This document shows, piece after piece, positions 26,120-47,456 of a DNA stretch of 64,000 bases. A program made the translations under genes and the position numbers. Under the pieces are notes generated by a model, which was not told the DNA's origin, made no database searches, and saw only the letters and a program-made list of their open reading frames with translations. This stretch comes from the human T2T-CHM13v2.0 reference genome, Homo sapiens. Each line of letters opens with the position of its first letter. Positions within the stretch are counted from its first letter, which is position 1. The stretch lies in NCBI RefSeq assembly GCF_009914755.1, contig NC_060932.1. The stretch is one strand, 5' to 3'.

Positions 26120-26675
26120 CCACACAGCAGTGATCATATTCAGATGCAAGTCAGGTCATCCTCCTCTGCTCAGAACCCTCCAGGATCTCCCCATCTCACA
26201 CACAGTAAAAGCCAGTCTTTGTCATGGCCACAGACCTTCATGACACACCCCAGCACCTCTCTCCTTTGCTCACTCTACTCCTAGCCATGCTGCCCTGAAA
26301 CACTCCAGGTCTCAGGCCTGGTGTCCCATTAACTATTCTCTCTGCCTGATACGTGAATATCCTTTTATTTTCACTTGACACTCTCTCACGTGCTTTGCAT
26401 CACTGCTCAAATGTCATCTCAGTGAGACCTTCCCTGATTGTCCCCATTTAAAACCAAACCCCTCCTGGACCCCACATGGACCCCAATCCCTCCCTGCTTT
26501 AGTGTTGCTTTCCAGCAATCATCACCATCAGGTCATTTTCTCTTCCCACTGGCACCTAAACTCCACAAGGCAGACACTTATGCCTCTCTTGTTCCTGTTG
26601 TATCCTTGCACCTTGGCGCCTCATGCCTGGCAGATAGAAAGCATTCAACAAGTGTTTACTGGAACAATGAGTAAT
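26120..26675 (+). mobile_element. L2 3' region; further L2 remnants at ~27000-27690 and ~34860-35020
   Basis: ctcctctgctcagaaccctccagg, ctcaaatgtcatctcagtgagaccttccctga, tgcctggcagatagaaagcattcaacaagtgtt. Confidence 0.7.
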
Positions 26676-28269
26676 CAAATCCAGGCTAGAAAGGGAGAAA
26701 CATGAGGCCAGAGAGGAGCCTGACTGATGAGGCACATGTCAGCAGATTGGCCAGCATGATGTTGAAAGACTGGGCAGGCGAGTTAGGAGGGTAACAGGGC
26801 CATGCTGCTGTTGAAATTCTGGGTGTTGCCTTGGGAAAGGGCGCTGTAGTGGAGGTGACGGTGAGACCTGGGGTGGGGTGTGTGGGCAGCCAACACCTTG
26901 TGGGTGGAGTGCCGGCCTCTGAGGTGAGCACAGGCTCAAGCCTGTGGGACCGACCTTCCCATCTTCAAGTCGACACTTCCACACTTTCTTCTCTCTTCAA
27001 ATTTCTCACAACCTCTCCCTCCCCATTTGCAACTGAGGACTTTGCCTCCTGCATCCTTGAAACCATCCCACCAAACCTACAAACTGACTACATTTGCCCC
27101 ATTTTTCTCCTTTCTTCTTGGAAATGCAGGAGGTGTCTGTCTATCCAAGAGTAACCCCTCAACCTCTAGGGGATCTTTGTTCCTTCTCCCTCCCTCTCAG
27201 CTCCACCAGCCCCCACCACCTTTGCTCTCCTTGACTGTGCAGACCTTTCAGCCACCCTCACATGCCACCCAGCTTCTGTCCCTCTGTTACACTGAGATGG
27301 GCCCTGGCAGGACCACCAGCCATTTCCCTGAAGTCAAGTCTCAACTCTCTCCTCCTCAGCATTTGATGAGATGGTTCCTCTCCTGGTCACCTCTGTCTCT
27401 TCCCTTCTAGCGCCTTTGTTGCTTCTCTTCCTCCACCAGAATGTTCAAAGCTGGGAAATCTTAGGCCTCTGTCCCGAGTCCTCTAATGATCTTCCCAGGG
27501 TAACTCATGCTTTCCCAAAGATGCATATCTCATTTAAGAAAAATGCTAATGACTCCCAAATTTACATCTCCACCCCAAATCTGTCTTTAAGCTCCAGATT
27601 AATAGTTAACTGAGATCTCAACTTCTCTTGTTTCTCACAGACACCTCAAGTTCCACATGCCCAAAAGAGAAATCTTGATTTCCACCCACTGGCACTGGCC
27701 TGCGGGCTTAGACCTACACCCTGCTGTCCTAGAGAGGTGACTGAACTGGGTTACCTGACTGAGGCTGGCCCTGTCAGACTTTCTCCTAGAGGCCATGAAC
27801 TGAGGACACAGCAACTTTCACAGATTGGTTCTGTCCCTAGACGTGTGAGGACAAGTGAACTGGGGAGCAGACTGTGGGGCAGCCATTTCCTTGCCACATC
27901 TAAAGAGAAAAGAATGAAATGGATGCAGAGGAACAAAGAGCTTGCAATTGTTCCTGATGGCACTCACTTCCTGTTCCCCATGACAAGAAATGCCCTTCTA
28001 ACTTATGCTAGTTGAGTGGATGTCTTTATTTGCCACCAAACAAACATTAAGACACCTGCTACTTACATGTGTCTTTTTCTGCGTGAACTTTGAGATAATT
28101 TGGACTAGTTCCCAAATGCTTCCTATTTGGATTTTGACTGGGGATGCACTGAATTCACAGATAAATTTAAGAAAAATTTTCATCTTCATGATATTGAGTC
28201 TATGAACAAACAAGATAGACTTCAGTATTTATTCATGTCGCTCTTTTCCTAATGTCCCTCTGAAGAATT

Positions 28270-30640
<2,371 letters not shown>

Positions 30641-31071
30641 TTATAGTGGACATATATCATTTATGACTATTCAAAATCTCATAGAACCTCATGTTTTAGA
30701 AGCTCTCTGCAGCCTTTCCAACACAGAAGCCACCATCTACACTTCCTGGCCTCCCTTGCTGCTAGTGGAGAATAAGAATTGGTTCAAGTGCTCAGATCTG
30801 TCTGCACAAGACTTAAAGCAGAGTTAAATAGGAAAATTGGACTTCCGCATGCTCACCTAGGTCACAGCAGAGCCGTGGGATTCCTAAGTAGTCAGCAGTT
30901 CCCTTGGCAGGGGAGCTCCATGGGATGATTCTGGATTCTTTCCTGGAATCTCGGACTCCAGTCTATTTCATCAGCTCTCTTAGTGTTTCTGTGAGATACT
31001 AATTTTTGGTTAATGTTAGTAATGCCTAGCAGAGATTGCCAAGGACTAGGTACAGTTAAAAATACTTTACA

Positions 31072-31372
<301 letters not shown>

Positions 31373-31654
31373 TTACACATACCATTTTATTCAATCTTCA
31401 CAAAACTCTTAACTGCAGTAAGAACTCAGTCAACACTTAGGTCTTGCATCTCTCCAGAGGGCGTACTGTGTGTTGGGGAGTGGTAAAGAGGATGGATGCT
31501 CTGTGGCTGTGGGAACTCTGCAGCAATCACCCACCTGCACACAGCCAACCACTCCACAGTACAGAATAGTCCCTTGGTCACAAAACACACTTTAACTCCT
31601 GCAAGAACTCTTGAGTCCCAAGAGGCAACTTAGGTCACAGGGAGCATCCTAAGG

Positions 31655-31860
31655 CAGGGTCAGCAAACTTTCCTATCAAGGACCAGAAGTAAATACTTTG
31701 GCTTTGTGCACCATATGGGATCTATCACAACTGCTCGATTCTGTGGTACAAAAGCTGCCACAGCTATCTGTAAACAAATGGGCATAGCTGTGTTCCAACA
31801 AAACTTTTATCTAAAACAGGTCAGGGCTAGGTTTTCCATGAAACTGTGTCCTGACACCCC
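31655..31860. mobile_element. MER58-like hAT DNA transposon fossil; another fragment at ~36870-36958
   Basis: cagggtcagcaaactttcct...gtaaatactttggctttgtg...aaatgggcatagctgtgttccaacaaaactttta. Confidence 0.75.
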
Positions 31861-32399
31861 CAGACCTGCTGGCCAGCAGGGAGGGGCCTCTCAGCATCTG
31901 GGCTTTCTCCTTGCTCAGGGAACAGGAGCACAGCTCTGAGAACTAAGGATGGGGGTAAGTGAGCTAGGCCCTCAAGGCAGGGCACTTACTAGGTGGAAAA
32001 AACAGCCTGGAAGCTCATGGGCATGAAAATGAGGTCCATGGAGAGAGCTTCCTCTGTGGCCCAGAAACTAGAAGCTGGAACAGCCATGTGGAACTGTGCA
32101 GCAGCCCAGAACAGGATATGGGGGCCTAAGTCACAGCAGACCAGTGAGAGGAGAAAGCTGACCTCAGATTGCAGATCTGTATAAAGAAAAGTAGGGTGGC
32201 GGGGGAGCCTTGGGTTCAAATTCTGGAACAGGAGGGACAAAGAAGGGCAGGGAATTGGTGGTGATGAGTAGGTACCACTTCTGGGGAAGATGACAGAGCA
32301 ACTGGACCTGAAAAACTCTCGACTTACCTAAAATATCAATTACAGCCAGTGACAAAGAATTCACGCCACACAACTCATTACCAATCAAACAAACTACTA

Positions 32400-32757
32400 T
32401 GGTTATCTCAAACCAAACGTCACTTTACTTTTTTGGTAACTTTTCATTATAATAATAAACTCTATTCATGAATATGCAGCCTCCATAATCTTCTCCCTTG
32501 TAACAAACGTGCAGTCCGTTCACAAGCTGTAAAAACAAGCCCAAACCCAAGACATCACAAGAGGCAAGAGCAGTGGCAGTGAGAAGGGAGCCTGTAAAGG
32601 ATGTTTCAAAGGAGGGTCCCAGGCTATGTGGCCACTGGATGTAGGCAGTGAGCTGAGTCCAGGCTTTCGGTCTGGGAAGTGGCAGAGGCTGAGACAATGG
32701 CCAAAGAGGAGTTGGAGAGGAAACTATGCTCGGTTTCACTCCTGCCAGCCCAACAGC
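32400..32757 (-). other. ZNF16: Probable ZNF16 3' UTR ending near a variant poly(A) signal AGTAAA (32424-32429)
   Basis: No AATAAA close after the stop; AGTAAA is followed on minus by a GU/U-rich tract (gtttggtttg...tagtttgtttgattgg). End position inferred. Confidence 0.55.
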
Positions 32758-34674
<1,917 letters not shown>

Positions 34675-37227
34675 TCACAGTTGCACCCACTAACTGTGGA
34701 GGAGGCAAGGGGAGCAGGGGATCCTCTGGGGTGGCAGTCCAGATCAGAGGGCATCAGGGAGGGGTGGGAGGAGCACTGGGTGATTAGGCTGCATGGGGCT
34801 GCAGATGAGTGAGAGCTCTTGATGACCACGGACCCACCCTCCCTGGGACTCCACATCTCAGCAAACGTTACTGCGGTCTACCTTCTGGCTCAGGCCAAAA
34901 TCCTGGCTGTCCCTTGACTCCCCTCTTCCTCGACACCCACACCAAACCACTGGCAAGTCCTGTCAGCTCTACCTCAGAGTGCAGCCCAAATCCAGGTGCT
35001 TCTCACTTCTCCCACCTGTACCAGAAAAACGTCTCACACCACTCCTTACACTGTTACATATTTCACCCTTTTTTCTGTCCACACTGCCAGGTGTGAGCCT
35101 TACCAGCCTATCTCCAGTTCTGTCAGTGCATGCTAATGGCACTGAGCTTGGTCTTAGGAGTCACTAGTGTGGAGAGAGACCCCGTTGTACACAGAGAAGA
35201 AACCCAGCTGGCTCTCAGGGCCTGGCAAGTTGAGTTGCATGGAGGCATCATTCAACCACTCCTGTGCGGCAGGGACCTGTGTGGAACATCAGATTCCATC
35301 CTGTTCAACAGAGGACCCTTTAGAGACTGCTGTGTCCTGTCAAAGCCACCTGTACCTCTGAAAACCCACAATTCTGACTGGTGTTTGCGGATGACTTCTG
35401 GCCTCGTAACAATGTGCGTCATCTTTCCGCAGACAGAAATGCACACAAAGCTCCGTGTCTGCCAGAAAAGGCTTCAGCATCTCCCTCTCCCCTTTTCACA
35501 CCTGCAGAACAAAGAAACCCTCATGTCCCTGTGTCCCTTACTCAAATGAAGATGTCACGAGTCTCTCATTCAAACTGACATCCCAGGCCACACTGCCACC
35601 TGGATGCTGAGCAGCTTCCCTGGCCCCCAACCTCCCCTCCTGCCCACAGCCTGGTGACATCAGACCCAGCACTGTCATGCACTCAAACATCCTCTCAGTG
35701 CCTCCTGGCCCTCCTAGACCCCACCTCTACCTCTGCTCCTGCTATACTCTGAGCAGGGCAGATGTGTCCACCTTTGGGTCTGCCTTGCCCAGAGCACTCT
35801 CCACATGGCCCTCGTGCTACCCACTTCCCTTGCACAGGCCTTGCTGGAGAGCCCTTCCCTGATCATAAATGCCAGCACCCCACCTACTTTCCTTGCCCCC
35901 ACCCTGGCTGTCACCCACAGCCTGGATCACTCCCTGAAACAGGACTGCATCCCCCAAAGTGGAAGACCTCTGGTCTAGCTGTAGTCGGTAGTGCTGAGTG
36001 GGTGTGAAGGATGCCCCTCCAATGCCCCTCCCACCTTGCGGCGTCCACTCTGCTCCCTCCCTGCCTCTCCCTGTCTGGGACTTCCAGAATCTGCCATAAC
36101 AGCATTCCATTTCCACCTCCAGTCTGGAATTGTCTGTTCCCAAGGAGCTGTGGTGTCAACAAAGATCCAAACCGGCCCAGCTCTCACCATGACCCTCCTG
36201 GGACTTGCCCCTCTACCCACTGCACCCACGTGTCTCTTGGTGACACTTCATGTTGGGTCACTGGACACCTGTGGTGCAGACACATCGTGCTGTGCCACTT
36301 TCAGCCAGAACACCCTCTTGCAGCTCCCTACTTCCTGGAGTCTGGGATCAGGCCTCTCCTCTCCCACAGAGCTGCCCTACGTGCCAGCACACAGATGTGG
36401 GTGCCTTTCTTTACCACCCTGCTGCCCTTTGGCAGGCCTGCTGTTATACACTCCACATGGGCTGCAGGGGATTCCCCAATGTCCCCCATGAGCTTCAGCT
36501 CTCCATGTCAGAAGCCCCAGCCCTGGCTCCAGAGGGTGTCTGGGAAATGTGGCATCTACATGCTGCTGGGCTCCCAGGAGCAATGAGGAATGGGGGCTGC
36601 TGGGACAGGTGAGGTCTGAACAGAAGTCTTCAGCCCTGACAGAGATGTCCTGGGACTCGCTGTCCCCCATCCTCCACCCCTGCCAAGACCCTGACTTGGG
36701 AGACCGTTGCCCTCTTCTGGCTGTGTGGAGAAGTGACCCAAGGAAGGATGAAGAAGGCTCTGGCAACAACACAGACAGGAGTCAGGAAGGTACTTCTGTG
36801 AAGGGTCAGAGAGGAGGATCATACATACATTACGGCTGTATGATCTCTGTCATATGGTCTTCTTTGTTGTTTTTAAAACCCTTAAAAAACACCTCAAAAG
36901 CATTCTTAGCTTGCAGGACATAAAAACCAGCCCACTAGCTGGATTTGGTGACCTCTGGCTGAGATGAGATGTCACTGGTGTGGATGAAGAGATGGCGACC
37001 ATGAGGAACGGGTTGTCTAGCCCGAGCCACTGTTTAGATAGATCAAAGTCTTTTATTGAGACAGGAACTAAAGGTGAATTCTGTACGTGAGAAGGGTGAG
37101 AGATCACTTTTTGGACTGATTAAATTCAATGTAATTCTTCTCTGTAATATAAGAATTGTGGGGAAAAAATGAGTTCCTCTACAGAAAGGAAATATAAAAT
37201 AAAAAATTTTATTTTCCTTTAAGAAAA

Positions 37228-37550
<323 letters not shown>

Positions 37551-38833
37551 TAAAATTTGGGCTTAAAGGTGAAGAAAAAGATTTGAAAGCAAATACAGTT
37601 GCTTGCACTGTACTCTGACACCCAATTGGAAAAAAGGACAAGGACTCTGAGCCCTTCCAGAACAAAACACACCTTCTGTGAAGAGGAAACACATCTTTAT
37701 GATTAAAGACTTTTACGATGAGTGACCTCCAGGTTTGTGGAACAGCTTGGATAATTACCCAAGTCATAAACCATGCTTGTGTGAATGCCACGTGTGGCTG
37801 TGATGCATCAGTGGCTGCACCACGACCTCCCTCAGAGCCTCGGCTGGGCTGTGTGTTGGACAAACCCCAGAGGCATCTCACACTCAGATGGGGTGCTCCT
37901 TACTTCTTCATCTCCTACAGCAAGTTGTTTTCATTTGATTTAAACATTTACTGAGGTGAAATTAACATAACATAAAATCATTCTAAAACGAACAGCGGCA
38001 TTTAGTACATCTATAATGTTATGCAACCACCACCTCTATTTTCAAAACATTCCCATCACTCCAAAGTAAAACCTCTTACCCATTAAGCAGTTTATCCCCA
38101 TCTTCCTCTCCCTCCAGGCCCAGGCAACCACTAATCTGTATTCTGTGTCTACGAATTTACCTATTCTGGATATTTTGTACAAATGGAATTATATAGTATG
38201 TGACCTTTTGTGTCTGGCTTCTTTCACTCGGCACATCTCAGAGGTTTATCCGCGTGTAGCAGGTACAGTGCTTCCTTTTCATGGCTAAATTGTATTCATT
38301 TGTATGTAGACACCACAATTAATCATTCATCCATTGACAGACATCTGGGCTGTTTGTACCTTTTGGCTATCATGAATACTACTGCTGTGAACATGATATG
38401 CATGTACTTGTTTGAGTATGTGTCTTCAATTATCTTGAGTATATATCTAGGAGTAGTACTATGTTCAAACTTTTGAGGAACCACCAAATTATTTTTCAGA
38501 GTAGTTATGCCATTTTACATTCCAGCCAGCGATGTATGAGGATACCAGTTTCTCCACATCCTCTTTTATCTTTTGTTTTTTTGATTATAGACATCCTAAT
38601 GAATGTGAAATAGTAATCTCATTATGGTTTTGATTTGCATTTCTCTAATGACTAATGATGTTAAGCATCTTTTCTTTTGCTTGTTAGCCATTCATATGTT
38701 TTCTTTGGAGAAATGTTTATTCAAGTTCTTTGCCCCTTATTTATTTATTTATTTATGAGACAGAGTCTTGCTCTGTCACCCAGGCTGGAGTGCAGTGGCA
38801 TGATCTCGGCTCACTGCAACCTCCGCCTCCTGA

Positions 38834-39052
<219 letters not shown>

Positions 39053-39750
39053 TAAGACTTCTTTATATATTCTACATACTACACCCTTATAAAAAATATG
39101 ATTTGCAGATTTCCCCCCATTCTGCAGGATGCTTTTTTCACTTTCTTTCTTTTTTTTTTTTTTTTTTTTTTTTGAGACAGAGTCTTGCTCTGTCATCCAG
39201 GCTGGAGTACACTGGTGCGATCTTGGCTCACTGCAACCTCTGCCTCCTGGGTTCAAGCAAAAGCCTCCAGAGTAGCTGGAACTACGGGCACATGCCACCA
39301 TGCCCAGCTAATTTTTGTAGTTTTAGTAGAGATGGGGTTTCGCCATATTGGCCAGGCTGGTCTCAAACTCCTGACATCAGGTGATCTGCCTGCCTTGGCC
39401 TCCCAAAATGCTGGGTAACAGGCTGAGCCACCACACCTGGCTTCTTTTCACGTTCTTGATAATATATTTTGATATTCAAGTTTTAAATTTTGATGAAGTC
39501 CAATTTATTTATTTTTTTCTTTTGTTGCTCATGCTTTGGTGCCATATCTAGGAATCCACTGCCAAATCCAAGATTGGGAAGATTTACCCCTACACTTTCT
39601 TCTAAGAATTTTAGAGTTGTTAGCTCTTATATTTAGCTTGTTGATCTATTTGGAGTTAATTTTTGTATATGGCATAAGGTAGGGGTTCACCTTCACTCAT
39701 TTTTTGGGACAGGGTCTTGCTTTGCTATTCAAGCTGGAGTGCAGTGGTGA

Positions 39751-40050
<300 letters not shown>

Positions 40051-42695
40051 TGAAAGGACTTGGTACCCTTGTTGAAAATCCACCTGCCACATATGTATGC
40101 GTTTATTTCTGGACTCTCAATCTGATTCCACTAGTCTGTATGTCTTTGTGCCAGTACCACATTGTTTTGATTACTGCAGCTTTGTAGCAAGTTTTGAAAG
40201 TGGAAAGTCTAAGTCCTCTGACGTTATTTTTCATGATTGTTTTGGCTACCCAGGGCTCTTTGTAACTTCATATGAATTTGAGGATCGTCTTTTGTTTCTG
40301 CAAAAAATGGCCATTGTAATTTTGATAGGAATGGCATTGAATCTGTAGAACACTCTAGGTAGTTTGGATGATTAATATTGTCTTCCAATTCATGAACACA
40401 TGATGCCTTCTATTTATTTGTGATTTCTTTAATTCCTTTCCACAATATTTTGCAGTTTTCAGTGGACAAGTCTTAAATCTCCTTGGTCAAATTTAGTCCT
40501 AGGTTTTAATTTTCCCTATTGATGCTATTGTATATGGAATTCCTTCCTTAATTTCTTTTTCACACTGTTCATGGCTGGTATACAGAAACAACTGATTTTG
40601 TGTGTTGATCAGTTGCTGCAACTTTGCTGGGTTTGTTTATTACCTCTAATAGCTTTTTTGTGGATTCTCTGGGATTTCATATATACGGAGTCACATCTTA
40701 TGGAAAAAGAATTTTACTTCATTTCCCAACTGGATGTCTTTTATTTCTTTTTCTTGACTAACTGCTCTGGTTAGAACTTGCAATACAAGGCTGCAGAGTG
40801 GCATGTTTGTCTTGTTACTGACCTTAGGGGAAGAGTTTTGTTCTTCACTACTGTGTATGATGTCAGCTTGAGGGTTTTCACAAATGCCCTTTATCATGTT
40901 CAGGAGGTCCCCTTCTATTACAAGTTTTATGAATGCTTTTTTTTTTAACTGTGAAAGTGTTAGATTTTGCCAAATGTTTTATTTGCATAAATTGAGATGA
41001 TCATAGTTTTTCTCCTTCATTCTATTAATGTGATGAATTACAACACTAGGTTTTCTTATGTTGAACCACCCTTATATCCTGGGTTAAATCCCACTTGGTC
41101 ATATGCTATTGGATTCAGTTTTCTATTTCTTTGTTGGGAGTTTTATATCTCTAGCCATAAAGGATATTGGTTTGTAATTTTCTTTTCTTGTCTTCAAGCC
41201 ATATCTTTATCTGGCTTTGGAATCAGTGTAAAGTTGACCTTGTAGAATTAGAAAGTGTTCTCTCCTCCTTTGCAAGAGTTTGCGAAGGTTTGGTATTAAT
41301 TCATTAAATTCACCTTTAAATCCATTGTGGGCCAGGCGCGGTTGCTCAGTCTGTAATCCTAGCACTCTGGGAGGCCGAGGCGGGTGGATTGCCTGAGCTC
41401 AGGAGTTTGAGACCAGCCTGGGGAACACGGTCTCTACTAAAAATACAAAAAATTAGCTGGGCATAGTGGCACGTGCCTGTAGTCCCAGCTACTCAGGAGG
41501 CTGAGACAGGAGAATTGCTTGAACCCAGGAGGCAGAGGTCACAGTGAACTCAGATTGTGCCACTGCACTCCAGCCTGAGGAACAGAGCGAGACTCCGTCT
41601 CAAAAAAAAAAAAAAAAAAAAAAGCCATTGTGGTCCTGGACTTTATTTTATTGGGAGTTTTTATTACTAACTCAATCTCTGTTAGAGGTCTGTTCTGATT
41701 TTCTACCTATGCTTGAGTCAGTTTTAGGAATTTGTGTGTTTCTATTGATTTGTCCCTTTCATCTGGGTTATCTAATTTGTTGGTGTACAATTAGTCACAA
41801 TATTCTCTTTTTATTTTTGTAAGGTCACTAGTAATGTTCCCACTTCCACTTCTGATTTTAGTTATTTGTGTCTTTTTTATTTAATCAATCTAAGTAAAGG
41901 TTTATCAACTTTATCTTTTCACAAAAGCAACGTTTGATTTTGTTGATTCTATTTTCTACTCTATTTCATTTAACACTGTTCTAATCCTTCTTTTTTCTTC
42001 CTGCTGCTAGCTTTGGATTTTATTTGCTCTTCTTTTATAGTCCTTTAAAAGATTTATACTTTTAAATCTGACTTATATCTTTCTTTCCTTTTTTTTTGAG
42101 ACAGGGTCTCACTCTCATTGCTCAGGCTGGAATGCAGTGGCATGATCTCAGCTCACTGCAGCCTCAACTTCCTAAGCTTAGGTGATCTTCCTATCTCAGC
42201 CTCCCAAGTAACTAGGACTACAAGCACAAGCAACCACGCCCAGCTAATTTTCTGTATTCTTAGTAGAGATGGGGTCTCAACCATGTTGCCCAGGCTGGTC
42301 TCGAACTCCTGGGCTTAAGCGATCCACCCACCTCAGCCTCCCAATCACACCTGGCCTCTCTCTTCCTTTTCAACAAGGGTGTTTATTGCTATAAATTTCC
42401 CTTTTGACATTGCCTTCACTGCATCCCATAAGTTTTGGTATGTTGTGTTTTCATTCATCTGCAGGTATTGTCTAACTGTCTGATTTCATCTTTGATCCAT
42501 TGGTTGTTTTATTTCTATACATTTGTAAACTTTCCAGTTTCCCCGCTGTTGCTGGTCAGAGAAGATACTTTGTGTAATTCCAATCTTTTTAAATTTATTG
42601 AGACTTGTTTTGTGGTCTAACATATGGTTTGTGTTACATGTACACTTGAGAAGAATGTATATCTTCTTTTCTGAATGGAGTATTTTATATACTTC

Positions 42696-43066
42696 TGTCT
42701 TAGCCCATTTGGGCTACTGTAACAAGATACATTAGACTGGGTAATTTATAAACAACAGAAATTTATTGCTCACAGTTCTGGAGGCTGGGAAGTTCAAGAT
42801 CAAGGTGCCAGTGGATTCACTGCCTGATGAGAACTGGTTCCTCCTAGGTATTCCCTTCTATGTGTATTCACATGGTAGAAGGGCAAGAAAAGAAGCTAAC
42901 AAGCTCCCTCAGGCCTCTTATAAGGAGATAATCCCATTCACAGGGCTCTGCTCTCATGGCCCAGTCACCTCCCAAAGGCCCCACCTCTTAATAACGACAC
43001 ACTGCAGATTAGATTTCAAGATATGACTGGAGAGGGGAGGGGTTGGGGGGGACATTTAGACCACAG
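42696..43066 (-). mobile_element. MaLR solo LTR (MLT1A/MST-like) nested in the L1
   Basis: tgtcttagcccatttgggct...aaacaacagaaatttattgctcacagttctggaggctgggaagttcaagatcaagg...cctcccaaaggccccacctc. Confidence 0.85.
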
Positions 43067-43529
43067 TGATGGTCGTCCATTAGGTCTAGTTGGGTTGTAA
43101 CGCTGTTCAAATCCCCTAGTTCCTTAGTGATCTTCTGTCTAGATGTTCTATCCATTTTTCAAAGTGGAGTACTGAAGTCTCTATTACTATAGAGCTATTT
43201 CTCCCTTCCAATCTGTCTATGTCTGTTTCAGATAGTTTGGAGCTCTTTTTTTTGATGTGTATCTGCTTATAATTGCCATATCTTCTTGATGACTCTGCCC
43301 TTTTATAAATACATACTGTCCTTATTTGTCATCTATTTTGTCTAATATTGGTATAGTCACCCCAACTCTCTTTTGGTTATTCTCTGCATGGAATATTTTT
43401 CCACCTTTCACTTTAAACTTATTGTGTCTTTGAATCTAAAGCCTCTTGTGGCATATAGTTGGACCATGTTTTCTTACACATTCTGTCAATATTTGCCTTT
43501 TGACTGGAGACTTCACATGTAATTACTGA

Positions 43530-43865
<336 letters not shown>

Positions 43866-43899
43866 TAGCCAGGATGGTCTCAATCTCCTGACCTCATGA

Positions 43900-44216
<317 letters not shown>

Positions 44217-44827
44217 TGATCTGCCCGCCTCGGCCTCCCAAAGTGCTGGGATTACAGGCATGAGCCACCATGCCTGGCCCATTTTTAAGATTTTTTTTTG
44301 AAGTGGAGTTTTGCTCTGTCACCCAGGCTGGAATGCAGTGGCACAATCTCATGCCTCTGCCTGAGTTCAACCTCTGCCTCCTGGGTTCAAGCAATTCTCC
44401 TGCTTCAGCCTCCTGAGTAGCTGGGATTACAGGTGCCCACCACCATGCCCAGCTAATTTTTGTATTTTTAGTAGAGACAGGGTTTCACCATGTTGGCCAG
44501 GCTGGTCTCGAACTCCTGACCTCAGGTGATCTGCCTGCCTTGGCCTCCCAAAGTGCTGGGATTACAGGTGTGAGCCACTGCGTCAAGCCCATTTTTAAGA
44601 TATTTTCTTACTGATTACCATGATGATTGCAATGAACGTTCTAACATCCTAAAACAACTGATACCAGTTTAGTCTCAGTAACACAAAATCTCTGCTTCTC
44701 TACAGATGTTACCCCCCTTATGTTGTTGTCATCACAGATTACATCTTTATACATAGTGGGGTAAAAAACATAGACTTATAATGCAGACCTTTTATGCATT
44801 TGTTCTTTAGATCACTTAGGAAATATG

Positions 44828-44866
44828 TAATGGCAAAAACCACAATTAATTTTGCACCAACTTAAT
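44828..44866. mobile_element. Half MADE1 (Hsmar1 mariner MITE)
   Basis: taatggcaaaaaccacaattaattttgcaccaacttaa matches one MADE1 inverted-repeat arm. Confidence 0.8.
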
Positions 44867-45371
44867 ACAAAGTGTACTTAGAAACCAAAATATAGGGATA
44901 CTAACTTTTATACTTACCTATGTAGTTACTTTTACTGGAGGTCTTTATTTTTGTATGGCTTTGAGTCCCTGTCTAGTGTTCTTTCATTTCAACCTTCAGG
45001 ACTCCCTTTAAAAGCATTCCTTGTGGGGCAGTCTATTTGTAACAAGCTTCCTCAGCTTTTATCTACCTGGATATGTTTTAATTTCTCCTTCATTTTGAAG
45101 AATAATTTTGCCAGATAACAGAATTCTTAGTTGACAGGTTTTTTTCCCCCTCTTAGCAGTTTAACTAAGCCGTCCCACTGCCTTCTGACCTCCATGGGTT
45201 CTGATGAAAAACTGGCTAGAAATCTTACCCAGAACCCCTTGTTCAGGGATAGGTCTCCTCTCTTGCTGCTTTCAAGATTCCTTGTATTTCAACAATTTGA
45301 TTAGAAAGAGACCTGGTGTGGATCTCTTTAAATAGACTCTACTCAGTTTGTTGAACTGCTTGTGTGTGTAG

Positions 45372-45761
<390 letters not shown>

Positions 45762-45870
45762 TGATCTGCTTGCCTCGGCCTCCCAAAGTGCTGGGATGAC
45801 AGGCGTGAGCCACAACGCCCAGCCATTAAGTTCACTTTTCTTAGATCTTTTTTCTCCTCAGACTGAATGA

Positions 45871-46254
<384 letters not shown>

Positions 46255-46313
46255 TAGTTGAGATGGGGTTTCACCTTGTTAGCCAGGATGGTCTTGATCT
46301 CCTGACCTCGTGA

Positions 46314-46511
<198 letters not shown>

Positions 46512-47122
46512 CCCAGCCTAGTTCTCTATGGTTTCTTTCACCTCTCTGAGCATATCTGAGGCAGTTGATTTGAAGTTTTTGTCTACTTAAGTCCAATGTC
46601 TGTGCTTTCTCCAGGACACTTTTTGTCAGTTTACTTTTTTCCTTTGAATGGGACATATTTTTTTGCTTCGTTATATGCTTCATGATTTTTGCTTTGTTAA
46701 AAACTGCACAACTGAATATTAAAATGTGGTATCCCCCCTCCAGGCTTTGCTGTTTTTGATTGTTGAAGACTAGAGTCACATGTTCATTTAGTGACTTTTC
46801 CAAACTATTTTTGCAAAGACTATTCTTTGTCGAGTACAGTCACTGAAGTCTTTTTCTTTAGCTTGTGTTCAACCAGTGTTTTGACAGAGATTTTATCAAG
46901 AGAAAAACCAACACAAAACACTTCTCCCAGTCTTTGTGGATTGACTCTGTGTTGGGGTACTTTTTAAACGCTGTTTACAACTCTTTCTGAGTTGACTGCC
47001 TTCACTGAGCCTAGAGATTAGACAGAGTTCTTGAGAAAGCTTATGGTCTTAACAGGTCTTTTCTGAGCACACACCCAGTCCTGCGCATGCATGTGACTTC
47101 CTGGATTCCCCAAAATATATAG

Positions 47123-47456
<334 letters not shown>

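Noticed and set aside
36549-36610. Plus-strand NVA...EEWGLLGQ resembling KRAB-A
   Set aside because: Antisense to ZNF16, wrong spacing, no downstream YRDVMLEN-like motif; likely chance
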